This document shows positions 12,586-25,094 of a stretch of 64,000 bases of DNA, piece after piece. The first letter of the stretch is position 1. Each line of letters starts with the position of its first letter. The DNA comes from Mustelus asterias (taxonomy: Eukaryota). The stretch is from positions 1,116,001 to 1,180,000 of the forward strand of contig NW_027590137.1 of NCBI RefSeq assembly GCF_964213995.1. Direction: 5' to 3'. Below the pieces are notes generated by a model, which was given only the letters and a program-made list of their open reading frames with translations, ran no database searches and was not told where the DNA came from. The position numbers and the translations under genes are program-made.

Positions 12586-12589
12586 TTTA

Positions 12590-15545
12590 AAAACAAGATG
12601 CCAGAGGAAAGATAGAACAGGAGGAAAGACAGGAGGGGAAGTTGCACTTTTGATTCAGGAAAACATCACGGCAGTACTGAAAGGGGATATATCCGAGGGT
12701 TCGCCCACTGAGTCGATATAAGAAGGGGGAAATCACTTTGATAGACTTGGACTATAGGCCCCCAAATAGTCAGTGGGAAATTGAGGAGCAAATATGTAAG
12801 GAGATTACAGATAGCTCCAAGAAAAATAGGGCGGTAATAGTCGGAGATTTTAACTTTCCAACATTGACTGGGACAGCCATAGTATTAGAGGCTTGGATGG
12901 GGAGAAATTTGTTGAGTGTATTCAGGAGGAATTTCTCATTCAGTATGTGGATGGCTCGACGAGAGAGGGGGCAAAACTTGACCTCCTCTTGGGAAATAAG
13001 AAAGGGCAGGTGACAGAAGTGTGAGTGAGGGATCACTTTGGGACCAGTGACCATAATTCCATTAGTTTTAAGATAGCTACGGAAAATGATTGGTCTGGTC
13101 CAAAAGTTAAAATTCTAAATTAGGGCAAGGCCAATGTTGATGGTATCAGGCAGGAACTTTCGACAGTTAACTGGGGGAGTCTGTGGGAAGGCAAAGGGAC
13201 GTCTGGTAAGTGGGAGGCTTTCAAAAGTGTTTTAACCAGGGTTCAGGGTAAGCACATTCCTCTTAGAGTGAAGGGCAAGGCTGAGAGAAGTAGGGAACCT
13301 TGAATGACTTGGGATATTGAGGCCCTGGTCAAGAAGAAGAAGGAGGCACATGACATGCATAGGCAGCTGGGATCAAGTGTATCCCTTGAAGAGTATAGGG
13401 GGTGTAGGAGTAGAGTTAAGAGAGAAATCAGGAGAGGAAAAAGAAGACACGAGATTGTTTTGGCAGATAAGGCAAAGGAGAATCCAAAGAGGTTCTACAA
13501 ATACATAAAGGGCAAAAGAGTAACTAGGGAGAGAGTAGGACCTCTTAAGGATCAACAAGGTCATCTATGTGCGGATCCACAAGAGATGGGTGAGATCCTA
13601 AATGAATATTTCTCATCAGTATTCACTGTTCAGAAAGGGATGGATGTTAAGGAACTTGGGGAAAAAAATAGTGATGTCTTGAGGAATGTACTTGTCACAG
13701 AGAAGGAGGTGCTGGAAGTCTTAAAGCACATCAAGGTAGATAAATCCCTGGGACCTGATGAAGTGTATCCCAGGACACTGTGGGAGGCTAGGGGGGAAAT
13801 TGCGAGTCCCCTAGCAGAGATATTTGAATCATCGATAGTCACAGGTGAGGTGCCTGAAGATTGGATGGTGGCAAATGTTGTGCCTTTGTTTAAAAAGGGC
13901 TGCAGGGAAAAGCCTGGGAACTACAGGCCGGTGAGCCTCACATCTATACTGGGTAAGTTGTCAGAAGGTACTTTGAGAGACAGGATCTACAGGCATTTAG
14001 AGACACAAGGACTGATTAGGGACAGTCAGCATGGCTTTGTGAGTGGAAAATCATGTCTCACAAATTTGGTTGAGTTTTTTGAAGGGGTAACCAAGAAGGT
14101 AGATGAGGGCAGTGCAGTTGATGTTGTCTACATGGACTTTAGCAAGACCTTTGACAAGGTACCACATGGTCGGTTGTTGCATAAGATTAAATCTCACGGG
14201 ATCCAGGTGAGGTAGCCAAATGCATACAAAATTGGCTTGATGACAGAAGACAGAGGGTGGTTGTCGAAGGTTTTTTCAAACTGGAGGCCTGTGACCAGCG
14301 GATAGCCTCAGGGATCGCTGCTGGGTCCACTGTTATTTGACATTTATAAGAATGATTTGGATGACAATGTAGGAGGCATGGATCGTAAGTTTTCAGATGG
14401 CACCAAGATTGGTGGCATAGTGGACAGTGAAGAAGGTTATCTAGGATTGCAACAGGATCTTGATCAATTGGGCCAATGGGCTGACGAATGGCAGATGGAG
14501 TTTAATTTAGATAAATGCGAGGTGATGCATTTTGGTCGATCGAACCTGGGCAGGTTAATGGTTGGGCGTTGGGGAGAGTTAAAGAACAAAGAGATCGAGG
14601 GGTACAGGTTCATAACTCCTTGAAAGTGGTGTCACAGGTGGACAGAGTGGTGAAGAAGGCATTCGGCATGCTTGGTTTCATCGGTCAGAACATTGAATAC
14701 AGGAGTTGGAACGTCTTGTTGAAGTTGTACAAGACATTGGGAAGACCACATGTGGAATACTGTGTACAGTTCTGGTCACCCTATTATAGAAAGGATATTA
14801 TTAAACTAGAAAGAGTGCAGAAATGATTTACAAGGATGCTACCAGGACTTGATGGTTTGAGTTATAAGGAGAGGCTGGATAGACTGAGACGTTTTTCCCT
14901 GGAGTGTCGGAGGCTTAGGGATGACCTTATAGAGGTTTATAAAATAATGAGGAGCATAGATCAGCTACATAGTCAACATCTTTTCCCAAAGGTAGGGGAG
15001 TCTAAAACTAGAGAGCATAGGTTTAAGAGAGGGGAGAGATACAAAAGGGTCCAGAGGGGCATTTCTTTCTAACAGAGGGTGATGAGTGTCTGGAAAAAGC
15101 TGCCAGAGGTAATAGAACATAAAACATTACAGCGCAGTACAGGCCCTTCGGCCCTCGATGTTGCGCCGACCAGTGGAACCAATCTAAAGCCCCTCTAATC
15201 TATACTATTCCAATATCATCCATATGTTTATCCAATAACCATTTGAATGCTTTTAATGTTGACGAGTCCACGACTGCTGCAGGCAGTCTACGCCCTTACT
15301 ACTCTCGAGTAAAGAACTCTCACCCCTCAATTTAAAGCTATGTCCCCTTGTGCTAGCAATAATAGTAGAGGTGGGTTCAATCTTAAAAAGTGTTTGGACC
15401 ATTACATGGGTAAGATGGGTATAGAGGGATATGGGCCAAACGCGGGCAATTGGGACTAACTTAGGGGTTAAAAAAGGGGCGGCATGGACAAGTTGGACCA
15501 AAGGGCCTGTTTCCATGCTGTAAACCTCTATGACTCTATGACGAA
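12590..15545 (+). mobile_element. Degenerate CR1 LINE (EN+RT, frameshifted) with nested antisense CR1 tail at ~15113-15360
   Basis: YRPPNS, GDFNFP, QHGF, DFSKTFDKVPH, RPHVEYCVQFWSP motifs; 3' (CTATGA)n tail. Confidence 0.85.
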
Positions 15546-16140
15546 ATCAACTGTCTGCTGAAAGGGTTAACTTTTCTACAGGACCTAAAGCGGGGAGTGA
15601 ACAGAAAACACTTGGTACACAGTTACATCACTTTACATAATTTTAAAAAACTTCTCTAACAGCAAAACAAAGTTGATTTTAAACTTCATCTATTAATTCT
15701 TTTATTCTCTTCCTCAACCTAATTATTTTAATTTGATCAGTTTTTGTTAGCGATGGGTAACTTCTGTTGTTTATAAACTGGTTCACTCGTTTTGTTAAAA
15801 CTACATGGGCTCGGAGAATCAGAACGCAGTCTTTATCATCCTTATCCTTTTTCTCCTTCTGCCACCACTCCCCCTGTCTTGCGGGAGGGTCGTGGGGATT
15901 CCAATCAGAACTAATCATTTTATCATAAAAGTAAAATACTGCGAATGCTGGAATCTGAAACAAAAACAGAAAATGCTGGAAAATCTCAGTGGGTCTGACA
16001 GCATCTGTGGAGAGAGAATATAGCTAATGTTTTGATACTGGATGACCCTTCATAACAGCTCATATGAAGTGTCATCCAGACTCGAAACGTTGGCTCTGTT
16101 CTCTAATCATTTTATCGATATGTTTCTTGTTCTTAGTTTT
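15545..16140 (-). repeat. Inverted paralog of 7170-7750 / 59105-59690
   Basis: ORFs 15805..16023(+) and 7245..7505(-) translate the same sequence on opposite strands. Confidence 0.8.
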
Positions 16141-16344
16141 AGGTTTAAAGTGAGAGGGGAGAGATACAAAAGGGTCCAGAGGGGCAGTTTTTCACTCAGG
16201 TCGTGGTGAGTGTCTGGAACGAGTTGCCAGAGGCAGTAGTAGAGGCGGGTACAATACTGTCTTTTCAAAAGCATTTAGACAGTTACATGGGTAAGATGGG
16301 TATAGAGGGATATGGGCAAAATACGGGCAATTAACCTAGAAACA

Positions 16345-16680
16345 TAGAAGCCCTACAGTACAGAAAGAGGCCATTCGGCCCATCGAGTCTGCACCGACCA
16401 CAATCCCACCCAGGCCCTACCCCTATATCCCTACATATTTACCCACTAATCCCTCTAACCTACGCATCTCAGGACACTAAGGGCAATTTTTAACCTGGCC
16501 AATCAACCTAACCCGCACATCTTTGGACTGTGGGAGGAAACCGGAGCACCCGAAGGAAACCCACGCAGACACGAGGAGAATGTGCAAACTCCACACAGAC
16601 AGTGACCCAAGCCGGGAATTGAACCCAGGTCCCTGGAGCTGTGAAGCAGCAGTGCTAACAACTGTGCCACCGTGCCGCCC
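16345..16680 (-). mobile_element. HE1-type SINE nested in a CR1 tail
   Basis: Reverse complement of the SINE consensus seen at 6522. Confidence 0.85.
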
Positions 16681-16774
16681 CTTTTGGGGCTAGCTTAGTG
16701 GTAAAAACTGAGCTGCATGGACAAGTTGGGCCGAAGGGCCTGTTTCCATGTTCTAAACCTCTATAACTTCCTAA

Positions 16775-17030
16775 CATCCTGTCACTCTGTGATCCTTGTG
16801 AAATCTGAAACCAGGTATTCGCAACAAGACTCAAAGAGAATCAGCCCACTGGAGGCAAAGTCGTGAGACCGGCCAGTCCAGCAGAAAGAAACCCTCCGAC
16901 CCTCCCCATTGACCAACTGTGAGAATGAACAAAATGCAGTCCTGGATGTAATTGAGAGCAGAAACAATAACAGCAGAATCCAACCTCTGGAATCACTCGT
17001 GAACTTGTTGGTGTCTCAGCACGGTTCAAA
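16775..17030 (-). pseudogene. ZNF gene relic (end of last finger and conserved 3' UTR)
   Basis: Reverse complement of 5455-5695 and 57735-57965. Confidence 0.8.
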
Positions 17031-17550
17031 CGGAGACCATCCCATCTATACAGGTCCCACCTGCCCAAATACTGGTGCCAATGCCACATGAATTCGAAAC
17101 CATTCCTTCCACTCCAATCCTTGAACAACGCATTCGTCTTCTTAATCCTATTAACCCTGCACCAATTCGCGCGTGGCTCAGGTAGTAATCCAGAGATTAC
17201 CACCTCGTTGGTTCTGCTTTTTAATTTATTCCCTAGCTCTTCGTACTCCCTCTGCAGATCCTTAGTTTCTGTTTTGTCTATGTCATTGGCACCTACATGG
17301 ACCACGACAACTGGTTTTTGACCCTCCCACTCCAGATTCCTCTGCAGCCCAGATGATACATCCTGGACCCGAGCACCAGGCAGGCAACACAACCTACGGT
17401 ATTCCTTATCCTGGTCACAGAGAACAGTGTCTATGCCCTTAACTACACTATCCCCAATTACTACTACGTTTCTCTTTGATTTCTCCATTGCAGCAGCTCC
17501 CTGCACCCTGGTACTGCTGACAGTTTGCTCGTCCTTCTCGCAGTCATATT
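17030..17550 (-). mobile_element. CR1 ORF1 (SGNH esterase-like) fragment
   Basis: VVIGDSVVK, CLPGARV, VHVGAND, DGLRLN motifs. Confidence 0.8.
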
Positions 17551-18364
17551 TCCCATCCTCTTTTGTTGAATTCTAAAAGGCTTCCAATCCTCAGACTTGC
17601 TAATTATTTTGCAATTTTATATATTTTCTATGTAAAATGGAAAGTTCCCGCTCCTGAAGGACATTAGTGAAAAGATTTGACGAAATGTTGGCACCTTTGT
17701 CATTCATATTAATTGCATAAGGATTTTTGTTTCAGCTTCTTCAATGAATTGAATTGAAATTCCCCAGCAACCCGGGTGGAATTTGAACTCCTGTCTCGAG
17801 AGCATTGTTTCAGGATTGTGGATTACGAATTAGTAATTATATACGATACTATATGCTATACTACCTCGAGGAATATCATCACATCTAAAATGGAACAACT
17901 GAAAATACCACTCTCCTTGAGCACAGGACTAAAGGTTGAATCATAAATTCAGGCATCTGTTATGGGAGTTGAACACATTACCATTTGGATGAGAAGCGAT
18001 GTTGATTCCACTAAAAAGAAGACTTTTAGCTGATCACAGTTAGCATTTTGACATTCTGACATTTAGCTCAGTGTGTCTAGAGTTTCGGACCTGTGTGCAG
18101 TATTACACGGATGCATACAGTTTTCAGAAGCTGGCCTTCTCTCTGTACCTCAGAATTTGTAATCTTTCACCGTTTAAATATTAAACGTATTTTATATTCA
18201 TCCTGCCAAATTGGACGTTTTCACAATTGACCACATTATACTCAACTTGGCGGGGCTTTGCCAATTAATTTACTCGATTTATGTCCCTTTATCTTCTTCT
18301 TACACGCACTTCACCATTTATTTAAGACATATCTTTTTCGTTTTCTATCTTTTTCTTTTTCTAA

Positions 18365-19370
18365 ATGGAGGTCGGTCACCAGTGGTGTGCCCCAGGGATC
18401 TGTTCTGGGGCCCTTGCTGTTTGTCATTTTCATAAATGACCTGGATGAGGAAGCGGAGGGATGGGTTGGTAAGTTTGCCGACGACACGGAGGTTGGTGGG
18501 GTTGTGGATAGTCTGGAGGGATGTCAGAAGTTACAGAGGGACATAGATAGGATGCAAGACTGGGCGGACAAGTGGCAGATGGACTTCAACCCGGATAAAT
18601 GCGTAGTGGTCCATTTTGGCAGGTCAAATGGGATGAAGGAGTACAATATAAAGGAAAAGACTCTTAGTACGGTAGAGGATCAGAAGGACCTTGGGGTCCG
18701 GGTCCATAGGACTCTGAAATCGGCCCCGCAGGTGGAGGAGGTGGTTAAGAAGACGTATGGTGTGCTGGCCTTTATCAATCGAGGGATTGAGTTTAGGTGT
18801 CCGGGGATAATGACGCAGCTATATAAGACCCTCGTCAGACCCCACTTGGAGTACTGTGCTCAGTTCTGGTGGCCTCACTATAGGAAGGATGTGGAAAAGA
18901 TTGAAAGGGTGCAGAGGAGATTTACAAGGATGTTGCCTGGATTGAGTGGCATGCCTTATGAGGATAGGCTGAGGGAGCTCGGTCTTTTCTCCTTGGAGAG
19001 ACGAAGGATGAGAGGAGACCTAATAGAGGTGTAGAAGATGTTGAGAGGCATAGATCGGGTGGACTCTCAGAGGCTTTTTCCCAGGGTGGAAATGTCTGCT
19101 ACGAGGGCACACAGGTTTAAGGTGCTGGGGTGTAGGTACAGGGGAGATGTTAGGGGTAAGTTTTTCACACAGAGGGTGGTGGGCGAGTGGAATCGGCTGC
19201 CGTCAGTGGTGGTGGAGGCGAACTCAATAGGGTCTTTTAAGAGACTCCTGGATGAGTACATGGAGCGTAATAGGATGGAGGGTTATAGGTAGGTCTAGAA
19301 GGTAGGGATGTGTTCGGCACAACTTGTGGGCCGAAGGGCCTGTTTGTGCTGTAGTTTTTCTATGTTTCTA
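18365..19370 (+). mobile_element. CR1 LINE 3' fragment (RT C-terminal half)
   Basis: [22 protein letters not shown]; TTTCTATG tail. Confidence 0.9.
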
Positions 19371-19414
19371 TCTTTGTGTGGTCTGCAAATTTATCATCCA
19401 TATCTGCTCAGTAA

Positions 19415-19695
19415 ATATTACAGTGTATTCTTACAATTAATCCAGTTCTCCTTGATTACTGCTCTGTAACATATCGGTCTGTAATCTAACAATTAATCCA
19501 ATTCTCCTGGACAACTGCTCTGTGACACATCATGTTTAATCCAGTTCTCCTAGATTTCTGCTCTGTAACATATCAGTGTGTATTCCAACAAGTAAAGCAG
19601 TTCTCCTACATTATTGCTCTCTATCACTGTGTAATTGAATAATTCATCCTGTTCTCTTGGATTATGGCTCCCTAACATATCAATTTGTTTTGCAA
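19415..19695 (+). repeat. Degenerate ~56-bp minisatellite (~5 units)
   Basis: Recurrent AATTAATCCAGTTCTCCT.GA..ACTGCTCTGTAACATATC. Confidence 0.7.
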
Positions 19696-20615
19696 CCCGC
19701 TCCTGAAACAGTGTACACAAAAACACGGCGAGGGATCGCCCTCTGGCGGCGATGTGAGATAAATGGCCTCTTCTGGGGAGATCAGTGAATTCTCAGATTA
19801 CTGAACGATCTTGTAACAGGATTATGCTGCTGTATTTTTTTCTTGTTCTCATGGTTCTTATTATAATATACTTACATTCAGGTGTAACCATGTACGGAAC
19901 TAACACAAACTTCAGTCTGAATCCGCATCAATTCATTGCTTTAGCTGTTTTGAATGTTCCAGGCATTTCTGTTAAACTATATTCCTGTTACAAAATTTGA
20001 AACCACGCAATACTGATAAGATTCGAACTCTTAATAAAGTTCTCTCCACACATTGAAAGGATATAAATTTGACTCCAACCTCACATTTATCTGACAGATT
20101 GTCGGATTTCAGGCACCTGCTTCAATTTTAAACTTTCCTCAGAGTTGTCATTATGATGTTTTGGCTAACACATCAGCTGTCCTCTAATGGGGCTTGGGGA
20201 ATTTATTGAAATGGGAGACTGGGAGAAATTGTATGTTCTAAATTCTGCACGCTCCTGGAAAACGGTTGAGGGAGAGAGGGGCTTTGAGACACAGAGACGA
20301 GACAGATACTAGCGGCCAAAATATTGAGAGTGCAGCATGGACACCGAGGTGAACAGAGAACGAGGCACAGAGATAGACAGGCAGGAGTAGACATAGAAAC
20401 AGTCAGATAAAGTCATTGAGCTACAATCAATGTTGTTCGATGGCCAATTCTTGACAACACTGAGCAACAAGCCAATCCTTTCATTGGGCAACGCCCCTTA
20501 GTTTCCCAATGAGTGAAGACTGCCCATGATATAAAATTACTTTTTTACATCAGAGTACAAGAGTTGACATAATTTTACAATTCTGCTGATTTTGTGGAAT
20601 TCTTAAGCAGGAAGC

Positions 20616-21047
20616 ATGTTCTCCCAATTTTCTTTCCTAATATTGGTTGGTTTTCCTGCCCGGTGAGTCTGTGTTTAAATAGTCCCTGCCTGTTTCCAGC
20701 GTTCTCCACCAGATATTTAAGAGATTCTGTAATTTGTTGCAGGCAAAGATGAAGTGTCCCAAGATCCCCCTAAATTAACGGTTCAGGAAGGACAGACCAT
20801 AACACTGCACTGCAGTTACTGCTCTGGTACATCCAGTCTCATGGGGAAGCTCCGATTTATTTATTGACGATTTTTAACACAGGAGACATCGCTGAAGATT
20901 CTCCGAATAGATTTTCTGCTGTTTGTACAAAAGAAACAAAGCGGTCCTTTTAAGTATCGCCGGAACGCTTCTCTCTGACAGCGCACTGTATTTCTGTGCC
21001 ATGGAGCCCACACTGGTGCAGAGATATAGCGAACCCCAGACTGGAAA
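20616..21047 (+). pseudogene. TCR alpha/delta-type V-segment pseudogene (leader 20616-20662, V exon from 20743, degenerate RSS)
   Basis: Leader MFSQFSFLILVGFPA then GTGAGT donor. V exon KDEVSQDPPKLTVQEGQTITLHCSY/LWYIQSHGEAPIYLL...NRFSA.../LSIAGTLLSDSALYFCAMEP with two frameshifts. Heptamer CACACTG at 21009-21015, nonamer degenerate. Confidence 0.8.
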
Positions 21048-21057
21048 TTCCAGTTAG

Positions 21058-21076
21058 TGGTCAGCAGAGGGCGCGC
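21058..21076 (+). promoter_or_regulatory. CTCF-like motif just 3' of the V-pseudogene RSS (similar motifs at 19737-19750(-) and 23867-23886)
   Basis: TGGTCAGCAGAGGGCGC resembles the CTCF core CCASYAGRKGGCRS. Confidence 0.6.
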
Positions 21077-21877
21077 CCGCACTGATAAACAGAAGCAATT
21101 ATTTAGCCTGTGAGAGTTCAAGGTCGTAACTAAAATAACACAACACAACATTCAACATGAACAGATGAGCAGCAACAGAGGGATTGTATTAGGTGCGTTG
21201 TAACTAACATTTATACTGCAAAATTATTTTGCAAATCAATTTATTATGCCCTCACTCACGTTTTGTATTTTCATGATCTTTTCCTGTCTATCTGATTTAA
21301 TGAGCAAAACATTCTCAATCTCTACTCTCTGTATCCCATTTATCAGAGCCGGTGCATAGTGTCTATATGATTAGACCGTGCTGTTGGTTTAGACAGTTTA
21401 TAGAAAATTAATGCGTTTCACAATGTACCGATTACACTCTTTAGTTAAATCAATGTTTATTTTCCTTTCGATTGAATGTTTTCTGACAGAATTGGCAGCC
21501 CAGTGTTTTGAGCTTAAAATAACCAGGCTTTAACCATAAGACCAAATGACAAAGGCCAGGGTTAGGCCTCTCGACCTCTTGAGCCTGCCCTGTCATTCAA
21601 TGGAATCATGGCTGTCCCAACATTCCTCACGTACACTTTACTGCCCTTTCCCCGTAACCTTCGATTCGCTTACTGATCAAAAATCTATCTACATCTGTCT
21701 TACATATACACAATGACTCTACCCGCGCAGCTCGCTGTAGACGTGAGCTCCAAACACTCACAACTCTCTGAAAAAAGATATTGCTCCTCTTCTCAGTTTT
21801 CAATTAGCGCTCGCTTACTCTGAGACGATGTCCCCTGTCCCCAGACGCTTCCACGAGGGGAAACATCCTCTCAGCAT

Positions 21878-22025
21878 TTTGTAAATTGAGTTTGTGTCTA
21901 TATATGCCCTGTTTGTGAACACAACACCCACTCACCTGATGAAGAGGCAGTGCTCCGAAAGCTTGTGGCTTGTGCTACCAAATAAATATGTTGGACTTTA
22001 ACCTGGTGTTGTGAGGCGTCTTACG
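21878..22025 (+). mobile_element. Penelope-like element 3' end with hammerhead-like core
   Basis: CAC-CTGATGA-...-GAAA-GCTT-GTG at 21933-21967; same family at 49780-50070(+) and 52980-53362(-). Confidence 0.6.
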
Positions 22026-22399
22026 TCGATTGATAAAGACCTTATGCCTTTTTCATCATCCTACTAACATGCCCTTCCGATTTCAGAGATCTGTGGCCAA
22101 AGCCGCCAAGGTTCCTTTGTTCCACAGAACACAAACTTCCAAACTTTATGGTCACGTTCTTAACGTGGTTGAACATGTTGATTATCAGCCTGTAAATCCT
22201 TTCAGTATTGCTGAAGACTGGTGATAGGGACGGAGCAGATTCCTGGTCAACAAAACTGCAGAAGTCAATGGCAAACCGCTGGAGTACTTTGAAATGAACA
22301 ATCACAGAATGATCTAATGGACGTCCATGTTCACCAATTCCCTCTTAGGGCATGGTAACTGGAAGAGGAGGAGGTGGATGTCACAAGAGGCTCAGAAAG

Positions 22400-22907
22400 T
22401 GGACACTAAAAATTGGCAAATCATGCTGCAGCTTTATAGAAGCTTAGTTAGGCCGCACTTGGAATATAGTGTTCAATTCTGGTCGCCACACTACCAGAAG
22501 GATGTGGAGCGACGGAGGTTGAGGAGAGACCTGGATAGAAGTCTACAAGATTATGAGAGGCATGGACAGAGTGGATAGTCAGAAGCTTTTTCCCAGGGTG
22601 GAAGAGTCAATTACTCGGGGGCATAGGTTTATGGTGTGAGGGGCAAGGTTTAAAAGAGATGTACGAGGCAGATTTGTTACACAGAGAGTGGTGGGTGCCT
22701 GGAGCTCGTTGCCAGGGGTGGTAGTGGAAGCGGATACGATAGTGACTTTTAAGGGGCGTCTTGACAAGTACATGAATGAGACGGGCATAGAGGGATATGG
22801 TCTCCAGAAGGGTAGGGGGTTTTAGTTAAGTCGGGCAGCATGGTCGGTGCAGGCTTGGAGGGCGAAGGGCCTGTTCCTGTGCTGTAAGTTTCTTTGTTCT
22901 TTGTTCT
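22400..22907 (+). mobile_element. CR1 LINE 3' fragment
   Basis: RPHLEYSVQFWSPHYQKD; (TTCTTTG)n tail. Confidence 0.85.
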
Positions 22908-23164
22908 AGTGTATTCCAATGTCACTGGGCAGTCTGGATAACAATGTTTGCACAACGGTTTTCATCAATAAAAAAATCTTATTAAAAATAATGGCAGTCG
23001 CAATTCCGTATTTGTTAACCAACAAAACAACAATCTTCCATCAGAAGTTAATGTATGCACTTGAAACTGAATATATTAATCCGTCAAGTCTGTTTCAACA
23101 GCACCTTGCGAACCCGGACTCTCTTCCATCTAGAAGGATAAGAGGAACAACTGCATGAGAACTT

Positions 23165-23485
23165 AGAAAGGAAACTAGAACTAGAGGGCACAGCCTCAAA
23201 ATAAAGGGGGGGTCAGTTTAGTACAGAGTTGAGGAGGAACTTCTTCTCTCAGAGGGTGGTGAATCTCTGGAATTCTCTGCCCACTGAAGTGGTGGAGGCT
23301 ACCTCGCTGAATATGTTTAAATCACGGATAGATGGATTCCTGATCGGTAAGGGAATTAGGGGTTATAGGGCTCAGGCGGGTAAGTGGAACTGATCCACTT
23401 CACATCAGCCATGATCTTATTGAATGGCGGGGCAGGCTCGAGGGGCTAGATGGCCTACTCCTGCTCCTATTTCTTATGTTCTTAG
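23165..23485 (+). mobile_element. CR1 LINE 3' tail (same subfamily tail at ~33010-33150)
   Basis: AGGAACTTCTTCTCTCAGAGGGTGGTGAATCTCTGGAA; TTCTTATG tail. Confidence 0.75.
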
Positions 23486-24032
23486 AACACCATATTTTGT
23501 GGGCACCCCTTCAAGCCGCACACCATCCTCATTTTGAACCATATCGCCGCTCCCTTGCGTCAAAATTCTGGAATTCATTTTCTGTGTATGAGTACGGGCA
23601 GAGGACAACAAATTAAAAAAGTATGGAAGGAGAATTGAAAGAAAGTGAGACATTACGGGTGCGAAATACACAACCAAATGATGCGAGAAGGACAGAAAGG
23701 AAGAGATTCAGAAACGACCCAGAATGCATTGTTCTTTCAAATTACTCATATTTCCCTAGCGTCTATTTATGTAGTTGAATTACTTGAAAACACGTCTCTC
23801 AATAAAAGACCGCCAACGACGGTCCATCGACAACCTTGCACTTGCGGACAGTGTCACGTACCCTGAGTCACCGTCAGAGGGCGTTGTCGTCACATGTTTC
23901 TCCCGACTTTAAATGATGGCGACAAAACCTATAGTACCATTCGCATACCGTTGCTATTGGCAGTAACATTCGCAGTCCCATTTTTCTGCTCCCTCTCTCT
24001 CTGGTCCACCTCACGTGCCCTCCATTACTAAA

Positions 24033-24334
24033 TGGCCGGCACGGTGGCACAGTGGTTAGCACTCCTGCCTCATTGCAAAGGGGGCCCAGTTTCAATTCCG
24101 TCCTTGGGCAACTGTGTGAAGTTTTCACGTTCTTCCCGTGTCTGCGTACGTTTCCTCCCACAGTCCAAAAATGTGCAAGTTAGTTGGATTAGTCATGCTA
24201 AATTATCCCTTAGTGTTAGGGGGATAAGGTGAGTAAATACGTGGGCTTATACGGGGATAGGGTCTTGGTGTGACTGTTGTCGGTGCAGGCTTAATGGGCC
24301 GAATGGCCTCCGTCAGCACGGTAGTGATTCTATG
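24033..24334 (+). mobile_element. Diverged HE1-type SINE
   Basis: GGCACGGTGGCACAGTGGTTAGCAC head and V-domain. Confidence 0.75.
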
Positions 24335-25094
24335 AAGAGAACTTCTGTCGATTTACTTGTTTGGTACTGGTTGTATCAGAAATGCGGGCGGAGCTATGGG
24401 CGTTGTGCGGGCGTGAGTCTGCAATTCCACTCCAGGAGAATATTTCCTGAACTGCAGCGTTGCTGATTCGGGAGAAGGAAGCAGAGGCACAGCAGTCAAT
24501 ATTTTTCACTTTTTCAATTCGCGTTTCCTTCCCAATGAAAAGTAAAGAACATGCTGTTATCCTGACTGTTGTAATTTAGGTATTGCTATTCGTCAAATGA
24601 TGACTACTCTTCTTTTAAAAATTATTAATTGGGCGTCAGTCACAAGACCAAGACTTTGTCGATCACTAATTGTCCTCGAAACGGCCTGGGCAATTTGAGA
24701 GTTAGTTATATGGTTGTTGATCTGTAGTCACACACAGACCAGGCCAGGCTAGGAAGGCAGATTTCCTTCCACAAAGTGCATTAGTGAACCAAGTGGATTT
24801 GCAGTGACTGCGTTCGCAACCATCAATGCGAGTAGCTTTCAATATCAATTAATCACATTTACATTGAACCAGCTGCTGGGGTAGAATTTTGACTGCTTTT
24901 ATCCAAAATCGAATTTAAGTGTAACCAGTTGATATGATGGGATTGAACTACTTTTCCCAAAGCATAATTCTGGGTCCCTGAACTGCTTGTCCAGTGACCC
25001 CATGTTGATAATGATTAAGAAGAAAAAGCGGAAGTTCTTGAAGTTGACTCTTCCCACGATATTATATGAAAATGGGGCCACAACTACAAAGTGC

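Noticed and set aside
16841-17506. 221-aa esterase ORF as a cellular GDSL lipase
   Set aside because: It is a CR1 ORF1 fragment reading into a ZNF UTR relic.
19785-20000. Hydrophobic ORF (MLLYFFLVLMVLIIIYLHSG) as a leader or V gene
   Set aside because: No V-domain motifs follow; AT-rich sequence readily gives such peptides.
22208-22354. Exon-like stretch (FLVNKTAEVNGKPLEYF) with plausible splice sites
   Set aside because: Stops in all frames and no recognisable family.
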